Source: Desulfuromonadales bacterium (GTDB lineage: Bacteria > Desulfobacterota > Desulfuromonadia > Desulfuromonadales > JAHYIW01). From it: 64,000 nucleotides of DNA. Position 1 is the first letter of the stretch. Each line of letters opens with the position of its first letter. Shown here in pieces: positions 38,108 to 46,564 of this stretch. Made by a program: the position numbers and the translations under genes. The notes under the pieces were generated by a model that was given only the letters and a program-made list of their open reading frames with translations, did not search any database and had not been told where the DNA came from. The stretch lies in contig JARGFI010000008.1 in NCBI GenBank assembly GCA_029210745.1, positions 4,187 through 68,186 of the forward strand, written 5' to 3'.

Positions 38108-38320
38108 GTAAAAAAACGAGAAAATAACTGCCGACCAAACACCCCTCAAACACTAAAAGGCACCCCGACAACCCGTCGAAATGCCTTCCACAATCCTCAC
38201 AAACAATGGACCCCATCCAACCCCCATCCTTCATCAGCAACCCATAAAAAACGCTCACCCTATGTAGCACACCACCCCGAAACAATCAAACAATTCTAAC
38301 AATCACGCGCCCCCCTGCTG
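38108..38320 (+). other. C/A-rich, G-poor strand-asymmetric tract
   Basis: About 210 nt with very few G on the plus strand. The short motif caccccga(c/a)a occurs twice. Confidence 0.5.
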
Positions 38321-38419
38321 CCCGAAGAACTGATAAGGGGCACCAACAAAATTCAAATTTAAGAAAGGGGGTAGTCGATTAGCTCCACCTTTGTGCAACA
38401 GACCTGCTGAAGGGACAGC

Positions 38420-38605
38420 TCACCAGGGGTACTTACAGAATCGCCAATCACACAAATCTCCCCAGCCCTTTCCATTCCACGCCGTTTCTATCGCCCCGAT
38501 ATAACGGGTAGACTGCTCATCGCGTATCGGGCGGCCTTTTTTGTCAAGAGCTGTCCGGGTGAATGACTCGGAGGGGAGGAAGGGGGAGGATTGTTCTTCA
38601 GACAC
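38420..38605 (-). CDS. Hypothetical 61-aa ORF overlapping the plsY 3' end
   Basis: ORF track only; 8-nt overlap with the plsY stop. No recognisable motif, so it may be spurious or a gene remnant. Confidence 0.2.
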   Translation of the reverse strand: MSEEQSSPFLPSESFTRTALDKKGRPIRDEQSTRYIGAIETAWNGKGWGDLCDWRFCKYPW

Positions 38606-39188
38606 GAAAGCGGTTTTCAGTGCCGCCGATCAGACGGGAAATATTCTCCCGATGGCGCCAGATGACGATTGCCGCGATAAAAAATGTGGCGCCGACCAGT
38701 GCCGTGGAACGCTCAAACCAGAAAATCAGCAACGGTGCCGCTGCCGCCGCGCAGATCGAACCGAGCGAGATGTAGCGCCAGATCGCCACCAGGGCAATAA
38801 AGATGGCCACCAGACATGCGACCGTCAGCGGGGACAGCACAATAAAAATGCCCAGTGCCGTGGCGACACCTTTCCCCCCCTTGAAACCGAGATAGATCGG
38901 ATAACAGTGACCGAGAAATACCGCCAGCGCCACCAGCGCCACCTGGGGTTCCGGAAGATGCCCCCACTGTGCTGCGAGCAGGACCGGAAGCACCCCTTTG
39001 AGGGCGTCGCAGACCAGCGTCAGCACTCCCAGTTTACGTCCGGCCACGCGATAGACATTGGTCGCGCCGATATTGCCGCTACCGGAAGAACGGATATCCC
39101 CGGCTCCGCTTAAGCGGGTTAAGATGACTCCGCAGGGGAGTGCGCCGACCAGATAAGCCGCGAGGATAATCAGAATTAATTCAGGCAT
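38598..39188 (-). CDS. plsY: Glycerol-3-phosphate acyltransferase PlsY
   Basis: GSGNIGATNVYR, GHCYPIYLGFKGGKGVAT. Confidence 0.92.
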   Translation of the reverse strand: MPELILIILAAYLVGALPCGVILTRLSGAGDIRSSGSGNIGATNVYRVAGRKLGVLTLVCDALKGVLPVLLAAQWGHLPEPQVALVALAVFLGHCYPIYLGFKGGKGVATALGIFIVLSPLTVACLVAIFIALVAIWRYISLGSICAAAAAPLLIFWFERSTALVGATFFIAAIVIWRHRENISRLIGGTENRFRV

Positions 39189-39217
39189 TGGTTTTTTTCC
39201 GCCGTGACCGGTACAAT

Positions 39218-40282
39218 TTAAAGATCAAACAGTTCGTTGAAGATGGCCTGGACGGTGGTGATTTTGTCGGCTTTCCAGGCATTGGTGCCGCAGAAAACCA
39301 GCCCGGTTTCGGTGTCGCCACGTTGTGCCCGGTCGAGGGCGTGGACGATACAGAAGCGTTCTTGTGACGATTTGTAGGTACATTTCTTCAGGCAGGCGGT
39401 TGGGCAACGCAGTTTCAGTGCGACGTCGCGCTCACGAATTTTGTCAAAATGGGTGAGGATGGCGCGACCGGGAAGCCCGGCCGGACTCATGATCAGCCCG
39501 ATATCCTCTTTACGGCAGTCGAGATACATCTGTTTGAATTCGTCGGAGGCGTCACACTCTTCAGTACAGACGAAACGTGATGCCATCTGCACTCCATCGG
39601 CCCCTTCGGCCAGGGCGTGCAACAAGTCGGCGCGATCCCAGATTCCGCCAGCGGCGATAACCGGAATATCGACCCCCCACATCTCCTGAAAATAGGCTTT
39701 GACACCCCGGACTGTCGCATACTGATCGTAGCTGCCGTCACCAATCTTTTCCATTTTCTCGCCCAGGTGCCCCCCGGCAGTGTCGGGGTCTTCGACAACG
39801 ACGGCGTCCGGCAGGCGATTGTAGCTTTTGTGCCATTTGCGGGCGATCAATTCAGCGGCCTTGATGGAAGACGCGATCGGCACCAGCGCGATATCGGGGA
39901 AATCGGCGGTCAGTTCGGGGAGGTTGAGGGGCAGACCGGCGCCACTGACAATGATCTTGGCGCCCCCCTCACACGATGCCCGAACGATCGTTTCGTAGTT
40001 CGAAACGGCGACCATACAGTTGGTGCCGATGACCCCGTCGGGGGCGATCGCATACGCCTTGCGCAGTTCATCCTTGAGCGCCGCAGGGTCGGCGGAAAAG
40101 AAGTTTTTACCGTCAAAGTGCGGGCTGTTAAGGCCAAGACCGGCGGTGGCGACCAGTCCGATGCCACCACACTTGGCCACCGCGCCGGCCAGGTTGGCAG
40201 CGGAAACCCGCACCCCCATGCCGCCTTGAATCAAGGGGTAGGGAACACTGTGTTTGCCGATTGTCAATGAGGGGATACTCAT
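39218..40282 (-). CDS. NAD(P)H-dependent flavin oxidoreductase (nitronate monooxygenase/FabK-like)
   Basis: PLIQGGMGVRVS, IPVIAAGGI and GADGVQMASRF. The start was taken as MSIPSL. Confidence 0.8.
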   Translation of the reverse strand: MSIPSLTIGKHSVPYPLIQGGMGVRVSAANLAGAVAKCGGIGLVATAGLGLNSPHFDGKNFFSADPAALKDELRKAYAIAPDGVIGTNCMVAVSNYETIVRASCEGGAKIIVSGAGLPLNLPELTADFPDIALVPIASSIKAAELIARKWHKSYNRLPDAVVVEDPDTAGGHLGEKMEKIGDGSYDQYATVRGVKAYFQEMWGVDIPVIAAGGIWDRADLLHALAEGADGVQMASRFVCTEECDASDEFKQMYLDCRKEDIGLIMSPAGLPGRAILTHFDKIRERDVALKLRCPTACLKKCTYKSSQERFCIVHALDRAQRGDTETGLVFCGTNAWKADKITTVQAIFNELFDL

Positions 40283-40431
40283 AGGATAAGTCCTTTTTAA
40301 ACCGGTTTGCATTTAACAGGAAGCATAGCAGAGGGGGGCGTCGTCAATTGTAATAGTTGTGTAAAAACATCTTGTTACTTTTGTGACCTTTCTCCTTGTC
40401 GCGGTTCGGCGGTAATGATAATACATAGGGC

Positions 40432-41391
40432 ATGAAAGTATTTGGACGTATTATTAATCCCTTGATCACCTTCATTGCCGTGCAACTGATCTGGATTCTG
40501 CTGGTGGTGCTGTGGATCTACTGGTTTATGGGCGCCCACCGCAAATTTCGTGATGTGGCGGAAAAATACAGTCCGGAACTGCTCCAGGGGGGGGTCGACT
40601 GGGTCATTCTGTTCGAAGGGTTGCTGTTGCTGGTTGCGATTCTGGTGGGGGTTTATGTTATTTTTCTTTTCTGGAGTCGACAGGCCGCACTTTATCGCGC
40701 CCAGAAAAATTTTATTTCGCAGGTCACCCACGAACTTAAATCGCCGGTGGCGTCGCTGCAATTGCATCTTGAAACAATTCGCCGTCGTCGACCGAGTGTG
40801 GCAAAGATGGATGTATTTATCGATACCATGCTGGCAGACAGCGAACGCCTGAACAATCTGATCGACAACCTGTTGTCAGCCCATCATCTGGAACAGCGCA
40901 CGACCGTTCAAAATTACTCGACGCAAAACTTTTCTCAATTTATCGAAAGGTACTTCGGTTCCCGGCAATATTCCCTCCCCCATGCCGGGACGATGGAACT
41001 CACGGTTGAGCCCGACCTGTACGTGTCGTTTGACCCGGACATGATGGAGACGGTTCTGCGCAACCTGCTTGAAAACGCCATCCTCTACTCTGAAGGGGCC
41101 CCACGCATTACGGTTCGTCTGCAATCCCGCGTGAAATATGCGTTATTGGCGGTTGCCGACCGTGGGCGTGGAATCGCCCGCGAGCATCAGCGTAAAGTCT
41201 TCAATATGTTTTACCGGGTCAAACCACAGGACAAGAAATCGGTTCGCGGCAGCGGTCTCGGTCTGTTTATTGTCGGTGCGACGGTGCGACGTTTTAAAGG
41301 GAAGGTCTGGTTGGAGAGTGCCGGTGAGGGTCAGGGAACCGCTGTTTACATTGAGTTGCCGCTCCGCCCGCAGGGAGAGCGGGATGAGTGA
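40432..41391 (+). CDS. Sensor histidine kinase
   Basis: Two TM helices, the H-box FISQVTHELKSP and the N/G boxes LLENAILYS and GSGLGLFIV. Confidence 0.85.
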   Translation: MKVFGRIINPLITFIAVQLIWILLVVLWIYWFMGAHRKFRDVAEKYSPELLQGGVDWVILFEGLLLLVAILVGVYVIFLFWSRQAALYRAQKNFISQVTHELKSPVASLQLHLETIRRRRPSVAKMDVFIDTMLADSERLNNLIDNLLSAHHLEQRTTVQNYSTQNFSQFIERYFGSRQYSLPHAGTMELTVEPDLYVSFDPDMMETVLRNLLENAILYSEGAPRITVRLQSRVKYALLAVADRGRGIAREHQRKVFNMFYRVKPQDKKSVRGSGLGLFIVGATVRRFKGKVWLESAGEGQGTAVYIELPLRPQGERDE

Positions 41392-42088
41392 TGCGCATAT
41401 CCTGCTGGTGGAGGATGAACCGAATATTGCCTGCGGGCTGATTTATAATCTGGAGGCGGAGGGGTTTCGGGTCACCCACGTTAAAACCGGCGAAGAGGCC
41501 TTGTCCGTCCCGACCGGCGATGTCGCCCTGGTGATTCTGGATTTGATGTTGCCCGGCATTGACGGTTTTGAGGTGTGCCGCCAACTACGCGCTATCGACC
41601 CGCGGCTACCGATCCTGATGCTGACCGCGCGCGGCGCCGAGGTGGACCGGGTGGAAGGCCTCAAGGCCGGTGCCGACGACTATCTGGCCAAACCGTTCAG
41701 CCTCGACGAATTCCTGTTGCGGGTGGAAGGGATGTTACGGCGCTCCGAGTGGTATCGTCCGGCCGACAGTGCGCAAACAACGTACGTTTTTGGTGGCAAC
41801 ACGGTCCATCTGCATGAACAGCGCGCGGAAACAGCCGCCGGGGAGATTGTTCTGACCGAGCTTGAAGTACGGATGCTCGATTATTTTATTCGTAATGAGG
41901 GACGGATTGTCGAGCGTAAACAGCTGCTCAAGGCGGTTTGGGGGGTAAGTCCTGATACCGAAACGCGCACCCTGGATAACTTCGTCGTGCGTCTGCGGCG
42001 CTATTTCGAAGCCGACCCGGCAACCCCTATCCATTTTCAAACCGTGCGGGGGCGTGGTTATCGTTTTGTTCGCGCCGGTGACAAGTGA
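41384..42088 (+). CDS. OmpR-family response regulator
   Basis: ILLVEDEPNI, DLMLPGIDG, YLAKPF and a winged-helix C-terminus ending TVRGRGYRF. Confidence 0.9.
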   Translation: MSDAHILLVEDEPNIACGLIYNLEAEGFRVTHVKTGEEALSVPTGDVALVILDLMLPGIDGFEVCRQLRAIDPRLPILMLTARGAEVDRVEGLKAGADDYLAKPFSLDEFLLRVEGMLRRSEWYRPADSAQTTYVFGGNTVHLHEQRAETAAGEIVLTELEVRMLDYFIRNEGRIVERKQLLKAVWGVSPDTETRTLDNFVVRLRRYFEADPATPIHFQTVRGRGYRFVRAGDK

Positions 42089-42094
42089 TGGCAC

Positions 42095-42661
42095 TCAGCA
42101 GCGCAGGGCGGCGAGAGCTTTGACCGCCGCCCGACGAATTTCCGGGCGGGGGTCACTGATCAGCGGTGCCAGGGCGTCCTGGGCGTCGGGACTGCCTATT
42201 TTGCCGAGCGCTGCGGCGGTCGCCAGCACCAGACGGTCATCATCGCTGGAGAGCAGCGGCGTCAGGTAGGGCAGCAGACGGGGATCGCGGAAATTGCCGA
42301 GCGCCGCGGCGGCATAGACACGCACCGACGGTTGCGGATCCTTGAGCAGTTTAACCAGCGAGCCGATCGTTTTCGGGTGACATTTGTTGCCCAGCACCTG
42401 TGCCGCCGCACCACGGATATCGGCATCGTTGCTTTCAAGTTCACTCAGCAGCGGTTTAAAAACCTGCGCCGATTCAAACTTTTCCAACGCAAAGATGGCC
42501 CGCATACGCTGGCCACGATCACCTGTACGCAGGATCTTAAGCAGATGCTCCAGACTGCGTGCCGCATCAAGGGCATTCAGCGCTTCAGCGGCAAGCGCCC
42601 GCGTTTCGTCATCACGGTCCTTAAGGACGGCCAGAAAGAGTTGTCGACGTTTTTCAATCAT
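42095..42661 (-). CDS. HEAT-repeat (PBS-lyase-like) protein
   Basis: Repeated D..(V/I)R..AA.ALG units. It lies downstream of ssb on the same strand. Confidence 0.7.
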   Translation of the reverse strand: MIEKRRQLFLAVLKDRDDETRALAAEALNALDAARSLEHLLKILRTGDRGQRMRAIFALEKFESAQVFKPLLSELESNDADIRGAAAQVLGNKCHPKTIGSLVKLLKDPQPSVRVYAAAALGNFRDPRLLPYLTPLLSSDDDRLVLATAAALGKIGSPDAQDALAPLISDPRPEIRRAAVKALAALRC

Positions 42662-42672
42662 CGCAGCAGGTC

Positions 42673-43161
42673 TCAGAACGGGATATCATCATCCGGGTTA
42701 AAGGGTGGTTCATTGAAGCTGTTTTCCGGTGAACTTGCGGCCTGGTTGTTGTCCCGGCTCTGGTTGAAATTATCCGCCGGTCGCTGCTGTTGTGGTTGAT
42801 AACCGCCCCCGCTATTGCTGCCACCACTCTCGCCACGCTGCCCCAGCATCTGCATCTGGTCGGCGACGATTTCCGTCATGTAGCGCTTGTTGCCGTCGCG
42901 ATCATCGTAGGAACGGGTTTGAATCTTTCCTTCGATATAAACCTGCTTCCCTTTTTGCAGGTATTTGCCGCAAATTTCGGCCAACTGTCGCCAGGCAACG
43001 ATATTATGCCATTCGGTTTTTTCCTGCTGTTCCCCTTCACGATTTTTGAATCGCTCAGATGTTGCCATGGAAAAGGTTGCCACCGCGACGCCTGATGCGG
43101 TGTAACGCAACTCCGGATCTTTTCCCAGATTGCCGACCAGAATAACCTTATTAACGGACAT
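42673..43161 (-). CDS. ssb: Single-stranded DNA-binding protein
   Basis: [35 protein letters not shown] and the acidic tail DDDIPF. Confidence 0.93.
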   Translation of the reverse strand: MSVNKVILVGNLGKDPELRYTASGVAVATFSMATSERFKNREGEQQEKTEWHNIVAWRQLAEICGKYLQKGKQVYIEGKIQTRSYDDRDGNKRYMTEIVADQMQMLGQRGESGGSNSGGGYQPQQQRPADNFNQSRDNNQAASSPENSFNEPPFNPDDDIPF

Positions 43162-43323
43162 TGTCTGCTGCCTCCTTGTACGAAATAAATATGCTCGAAA
43201 AATGAGTCTAGCGGAAAGCGGCGAGGCTGTAAAGCGGGAACACAATCGATTGTGGAAATGGTTGACTCCCCCCGCCAACTTCCATAGACTGCGAGTTTAT
43301 TTGCAGACGGAGTTTTCTGGACG

Positions 43324-44019
43324 ATGTTGCGTACTCTTTATTTCATGGTCGGATTTACGCTGGTTACAATTTTTTTCATGCTGACCGGCCTGCCCCTGAC
43401 ACTGATTAATCCGGATTATTTTCACAACTACACGTTTTATTGGGCGCGTATCTGTCTGCTCATGGGGGGGGTGCATCTGCAGGTGGTCGGCGGTGAACGT
43501 GTTCCCCTCGACCGGGCGGTGATCTACATGCCCAACCATCAGGGCAATTTTGATATTCCCGCGCTGTATGTCGGGATCTCCAGACAATTTCGCTGGCTGG
43601 CCAAAGTGGAACTGTTTCGCGTGCCGTTGTTCGGTTTCTGCATGCGCAGTATCGGGCATATTCCGATCGATCGCACCGACCGCAAAGAGGCGATTGCCAG
43701 CCTCGACGAAGCGGCGCGCCGGATTGCCGCAGGAACCTCGGTGATTATTTTCCCCGAAGGTACCCGCAGCCTCGATGGTCGCTTGCAACCGTTCAAAAAG
43801 GGGGGCTTTACGATGGCGATGCAGGCCGGCGCAGTGATCGTGCCGGTGGCGATTTCCGGCAGCGCCGAGGTCATGGCGAAAAGTGGCTACCGGGTGCGGG
43901 GAGGGTCAATCCGTCTTGAACTGCTGCCGCCGATTGAAACCGTCCGCATCGATGACCGGAGTGTACTGATGGAGAAAGTACGCGCCTCGATTGCGCAGGC
44001 GCTGGAGTCCGTTAGGTGA
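43324..44019 (+). CDS. plsC: 1-acyl-sn-glycerol-3-phosphate acyltransferase
   Basis: NHQGNFD and FPEGTRS motifs. Confidence 0.85.
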   Translation: MLRTLYFMVGFTLVTIFFMLTGLPLTLINPDYFHNYTFYWARICLLMGGVHLQVVGGERVPLDRAVIYMPNHQGNFDIPALYVGISRQFRWLAKVELFRVPLFGFCMRSIGHIPIDRTDRKEAIASLDEAARRIAAGTSVIIFPEGTRSLDGRLQPFKKGGFTMAMQAGAVIVPVAISGSAEVMAKSGYRVRGGSIRLELLPPIETVRIDDRSVLMEKVRASIAQALESVR

Positions 44020-45683
44020 AGAACGATAACGGTACGATCCGCTTGTTGCCGTTCGGGGGCCTGGGTGAAATCGGACTCAATCTGATGGCGCTCGAATATG
44101 ACGGTAAACTGCTGATTATCGATTGCGGGTTGATGTTTCCTGAACCGGCCATGCTCGGCGTCGATCTGGTCGTCCCCGAGATCGGCCTGCTGACCCGGCG
44201 CAGTGCCGATATCGTCGGACTGGTGCTGACCCATGGTCACGAAGACCATATCGGTGCGGCCTCTTATCTGTGGCGTCAGCTGGGCAAGCCGGAAATCTAC
44301 GCGACCGCCCTGACCATCGGCCTGCTCCAGGCCAAACTGCGTGAGTTCAATCTCAGCGGGGTAACCACGCATGTTATCCGCCCGCGTGATGAGGTGATCC
44401 TGGGACCGTTCCAGGTCGAATTCTTTCGCGCTGCCCATTCGATCGTCGACGGGGTCGGGTTGGGAATCCGTACTCCAGCCGGGCTGGTGGTGCACACCGG
44501 TGATTTTAAGCTCGATCCGACCCCGGTCGATGGCGAAACGACCGATCTGGCACGTCTGGCGGCTTACGGTGAAGAGGGGGTGTTGTTGCTGCTCTCCGAT
44601 TCGACCAACGTCGAGCGCGACGGGTATACCCTGTCGGAACAGACCGTGGGGGTGGCGCTGCACCGACTTCTGCCGACCTGTTCGCGGCGCATCTATATTG
44701 GCACCTTCTCTTCGCACATCGCCCGTATTTGTCAGGTTCTGGAAGCTGCCCAGGCGCACGGGCGGAAGGTTTTGATTCACGGTCGCAGCATGGTTACCAG
44801 CACGGCGGTGGCGCGACAACTGGGCTACTTGAACATCCCTGATGATCTGCTGATCAATCTCAGCCAGCTCAAACGCTTGCCACCGGAACAGACCCTGGTG
44901 TTAACGACCGGCAGTCAGGGGGAACCTTTGTCCGTCCTCGCGCGCATGGCCCGCGACGATCACGCTCAGTTGCAGCTTGAAGAGGGGGATACCGTCATCC
45001 TGTCGTCGCGGCAGATCCCCGGCAACGAGAAGGCGATCACCGACATGATTAACCATTTGTATCGCCGCGGGGCCGAGGTTCACTACGAAACAACCAGTGA
45101 GATTCATGTTTCCGGACATGCCTGTCGCGAAGAACTCAAACAGGTCCTGGCGCTAACCCGGCCGCAGTCGTTCGTGCCGATTCACGGTGAATATCGTCAT
45201 CTGGTCAAACACGCGCGTCTGGCGGTCGCCATGGGAGTCGCTCCGGAGCGCGCGCTGGTGCTTGAAAACGGGCAATCCGCACTTTTTTCCGTCAACGGAG
45301 CGAGTAATGCCGGGACGTTTGAGAGCGGTCGGATATTCGTCGACGGCAAAGGGGTCGGTGATGTCGGGGCGGTGCAGTTACGTGATCGCAGCCACCTGGC
45401 TCATCATGGCCTGGTGGTGGCGTTGCTGGCAGTCAATCGTTCGACCGGTGTACTGCTCTATGGCCCGGAACTCTTTACCCGCGGATTCGTTCCGGAAGAA
45501 GAGCGGGGGGACTACCTCGCGGCCGCTGCCGAGATTGTGCGCGGCGTCTTCAGCGAACACAGTGTCGCGGCGTTGACCGATCTGGAAGAACTCCGCATTG
45601 ACGTTCGCAAGGCGCTGCGGCGCTTTTTTATTCAATCGATAGAACGGCGACCACTCATTCTGCCGGTGGTGCTTGAACTGTAA
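44016..45683 (+). CDS. rnj: Ribonuclease J
   Basis: Beta-CASP metallo-beta-lactamase: THGHEDHIGA, HTGDFK, IHVSGH and PIHGEYRH. Confidence 0.9.
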   Translation: MKNDNGTIRLLPFGGLGEIGLNLMALEYDGKLLIIDCGLMFPEPAMLGVDLVVPEIGLLTRRSADIVGLVLTHGHEDHIGAASYLWRQLGKPEIYATALTIGLLQAKLREFNLSGVTTHVIRPRDEVILGPFQVEFFRAAHSIVDGVGLGIRTPAGLVVHTGDFKLDPTPVDGETTDLARLAAYGEEGVLLLLSDSTNVERDGYTLSEQTVGVALHRLLPTCSRRIYIGTFSSHIARICQVLEAAQAHGRKVLIHGRSMVTSTAVARQLGYLNIPDDLLINLSQLKRLPPEQTLVLTTGSQGEPLSVLARMARDDHAQLQLEEGDTVILSSRQIPGNEKAITDMINHLYRRGAEVHYETTSEIHVSGHACREELKQVLALTRPQSFVPIHGEYRHLVKHARLAVAMGVAPERALVLENGQSALFSVNGASNAGTFESGRIFVDGKGVGDVGAVQLRDRSHLAHHGLVVALLAVNRSTGVLLYGPELFTRGFVPEEERGDYLAAAAEIVRGVFSEHSVAALTDLEELRIDVRKALRRFFIQSIERRPLILPVVLEL

Positions 45684-45743
45684 CCGGTCTGCTGGCGGAC
45701 CGCACGCTGCGCCGCACGGACCAATCTGGAGAATTGTGTTGAT

Positions 45744-46550
45744 ATGATGTCAATCTGGGAAGCAATCTTTCTCGGCGCCTTGCAGGGGCTGACCGAATTC
45801 CTGCCGGTATCTTCCTCCGGTCACCTGGTGATGGCCCAACAGCTGTTGCCCGGTTTTCATCAGCCGGGGGTGGCTTTTGATGTCCTGCTCCATGTGGCGA
45901 CGATGGTCGCGGTGGTACTTTATTTTCGCCTGGAAATTGGCAAGCTGATCGTCGCACCGTTTCGACGCGGCGTCGACTATCAGGTCTATCGGCGCCTGCT
46001 GCTGCTGATTATTCTGGCGTCGGTGCCGACCGCTGTTATCGGCTTGACCTTCAAGGATTTTCTGACCGGGCTGTTTGAACAGCCGATCGTAACCGCAGTG
46101 ATGCTGCTGGTGACCGGGACGATTCTCTACGCTGCCGAACAGATAAAAACTGCGGAACGCTCAGGACGAATGATCGACAAGCTGACCGTCAGTGACGCGC
46201 TGATCGTCGGTACGGTCCAGGGGCTGGCGATTATTCCGGGGATTTCGCGTTCCGGTTCGACGATCGCTACACTGTTGTTCAAGGGGGTTGACGGTGAGAC
46301 GGCGGCGCGCTTCTCTTTTTTGCTCGCGCTGCCGGCAGTCGGCGGGGCGACCCTGCTGTCGCTGGGGGACCTGGCCCAGTTGAACAGCGCCGCAGTCCCG
46401 GCCTGTTTGCTCGGGATGGTGACCTCGTTTGCCACCGGTCTGCTGGCGATCCACTGGTTGCTGGCGGTGGTGCGTAAAAAACGCCTCTTTGCTTTTGCCG
46501 TATATTGTTGGATAATCGGTGGAACGTTTCTGGTCATTTCGCTGATTTAA
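45744..46550 (+). CDS. uppP: Undecaprenyl-diphosphate phosphatase
   Basis: GLTEFLPVSSSGHL and PGISRSGSTI. Confidence 0.92.
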   Translation: MMSIWEAIFLGALQGLTEFLPVSSSGHLVMAQQLLPGFHQPGVAFDVLLHVATMVAVVLYFRLEIGKLIVAPFRRGVDYQVYRRLLLLIILASVPTAVIGLTFKDFLTGLFEQPIVTAVMLLVTGTILYAAEQIKTAERSGRMIDKLTVSDALIVGTVQGLAIIPGISRSGSTIATLLFKGVDGETAARFSFLLALPAVGGATLLSLGDLAQLNSAAVPACLLGMVTSFATGLLAIHWLLAVVRKKRLFAFAVYCWIIGGTFLVISLI

Positions 46551-46564
46551 TCGGAGCAAGCTTT

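Noticed and set aside
38093-38420. Search for a CRISPR array or leader next to the cas1 relic
   Set aside because: No direct repeats of 24-40 nt were seen. There is only a weak ACTGCCG match to the I-F repeat core at about 38127, and no regularly spaced repeats anywhere in the window.
42088-42095. Only 6 nt separate the convergent stop codons of the response-regulator and HEAT-repeat genes, with no terminator
   Set aside because: This is unusual packing, but there is no sequence feature to interpret. It is probably terminated within the opposing genes.
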